From Macrostomum hystrix (taxonomy: Eukaryota > Animalia > Platyhelminthes), in assembly GCA_950097015.1 (NCBI GenBank), contig CATNEN010000003.1, positions 5,580,001 to 5,644,000 on the forward strand: DNA of 64,000 nt, written 5' to 3'. Positions 63,310-64,000 of the stretch are shown here, in pieces. A model generated the notes under the pieces. That model was not told where the DNA came from. It searched no databases and worked only from the letters and a program-made list of their open reading frames with translations. Every line of letters begins with the position of its first letter. Within the stretch, counting starts at the first letter, position 1. The translations under genes were made by a program, and so were the position numbers.

Positions 63310-64000
63310 CTAAAATTTGTCTCTAAACTTGCTGGCTCGAAACTCATCTCTATAAATATTTGCATAGCCGACCAAGTGGCAACGTGGCTAGGGGTTTGGA
63401 GTTTTACCCGCGTGTTTACCTATAGCAGGGGTCTGTGCACAATAAAATGTGTTTTTACTTAAAAAAACCCGCGTAACTGTTGATGTTTCACGCGGGTACA
63501 TTAGGTGGAAATCTGAACTTTCTGTAGCGTCCTCTACAAAAAGCTAGAGAAATATAAACTAAACTAACTGCTATACTGTGCAATAGGTTTTTTTTCAACG
63601 TCGTAGGGTACGAAATTTAGGTTGCAGAATCCGCTTCTCATAAAAAATTAAGCTTATATGAGATAGAAAACTGTCTCAACAACACACCACTAATAATGGT
63701 GGTGAGTTGGCAATAATAAATTGTCAGTTATAAATTTTTTTGTACAATTTATATACCACTAATACGCTCGACATCAATACTCATGTGTGTGCTTCATCCT
63801 TCATGACGAAAGAAGTTTAACAGTAGATCTACCAATAAGTTTTCTTTCATTTTTAGTGCTGCACCCGAACGGAACAACGCAAGCACAGGAAACTCAAGAG
63901 CACAGTCCAAATTTTTTTGCACATCTTCTGGAACAACAATCAAGTCGCCAGCTCTACAGAACGCCAAGATATTCAATGTTTCTGGCTAAAAGTTTTCCCA

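Overview
Eukaryotic (metazoan) genomic DNA with GT-AG introns, AT-rich intergenic DNA, many minisatellites and tRNA-derived SINEs. The style suggests a free-living flatworm such as Macrostomum, but that is inference only. I rebuilt the gene models by eye from splice sites and reading phase. In order, they are: a two-domain C-type lectin gene (-, runs off the window), an NRF-6/OACYL-like acyltransferase (-, 6 exons), an intronless C-type lectin + PAN/apple protein (+), a SANBR/KIAA1841 homolog (+, 17 exons), PISD (-), a DYRK1/minibrain kinase (+), three tandem divergent TRPV-like 6TM channel genes (+) and an ankyrin-repeat gene (-). Mobile DNA comprises an intact 4.5-kb Ty3/Gypsy element with identical 224-bp LTRs inserted in an intronic minisatellite, two SINE families and two hAT-type MITE families. 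Most very long ORFs in the track are translated minisatellites. The most interesting signals are: (i) the TRPV-like trio, which keeps a TRPV5/6-type filter Asp, lacks the TRP-box Trp, and is a mosaic of ~99%-identical and highly diverged blocks; (ii) a complex duplication behind the third channel gene with insertions templated from both flanks; (iii) a different minisatellite in almost every large intron, several built on one 16-bp seed.
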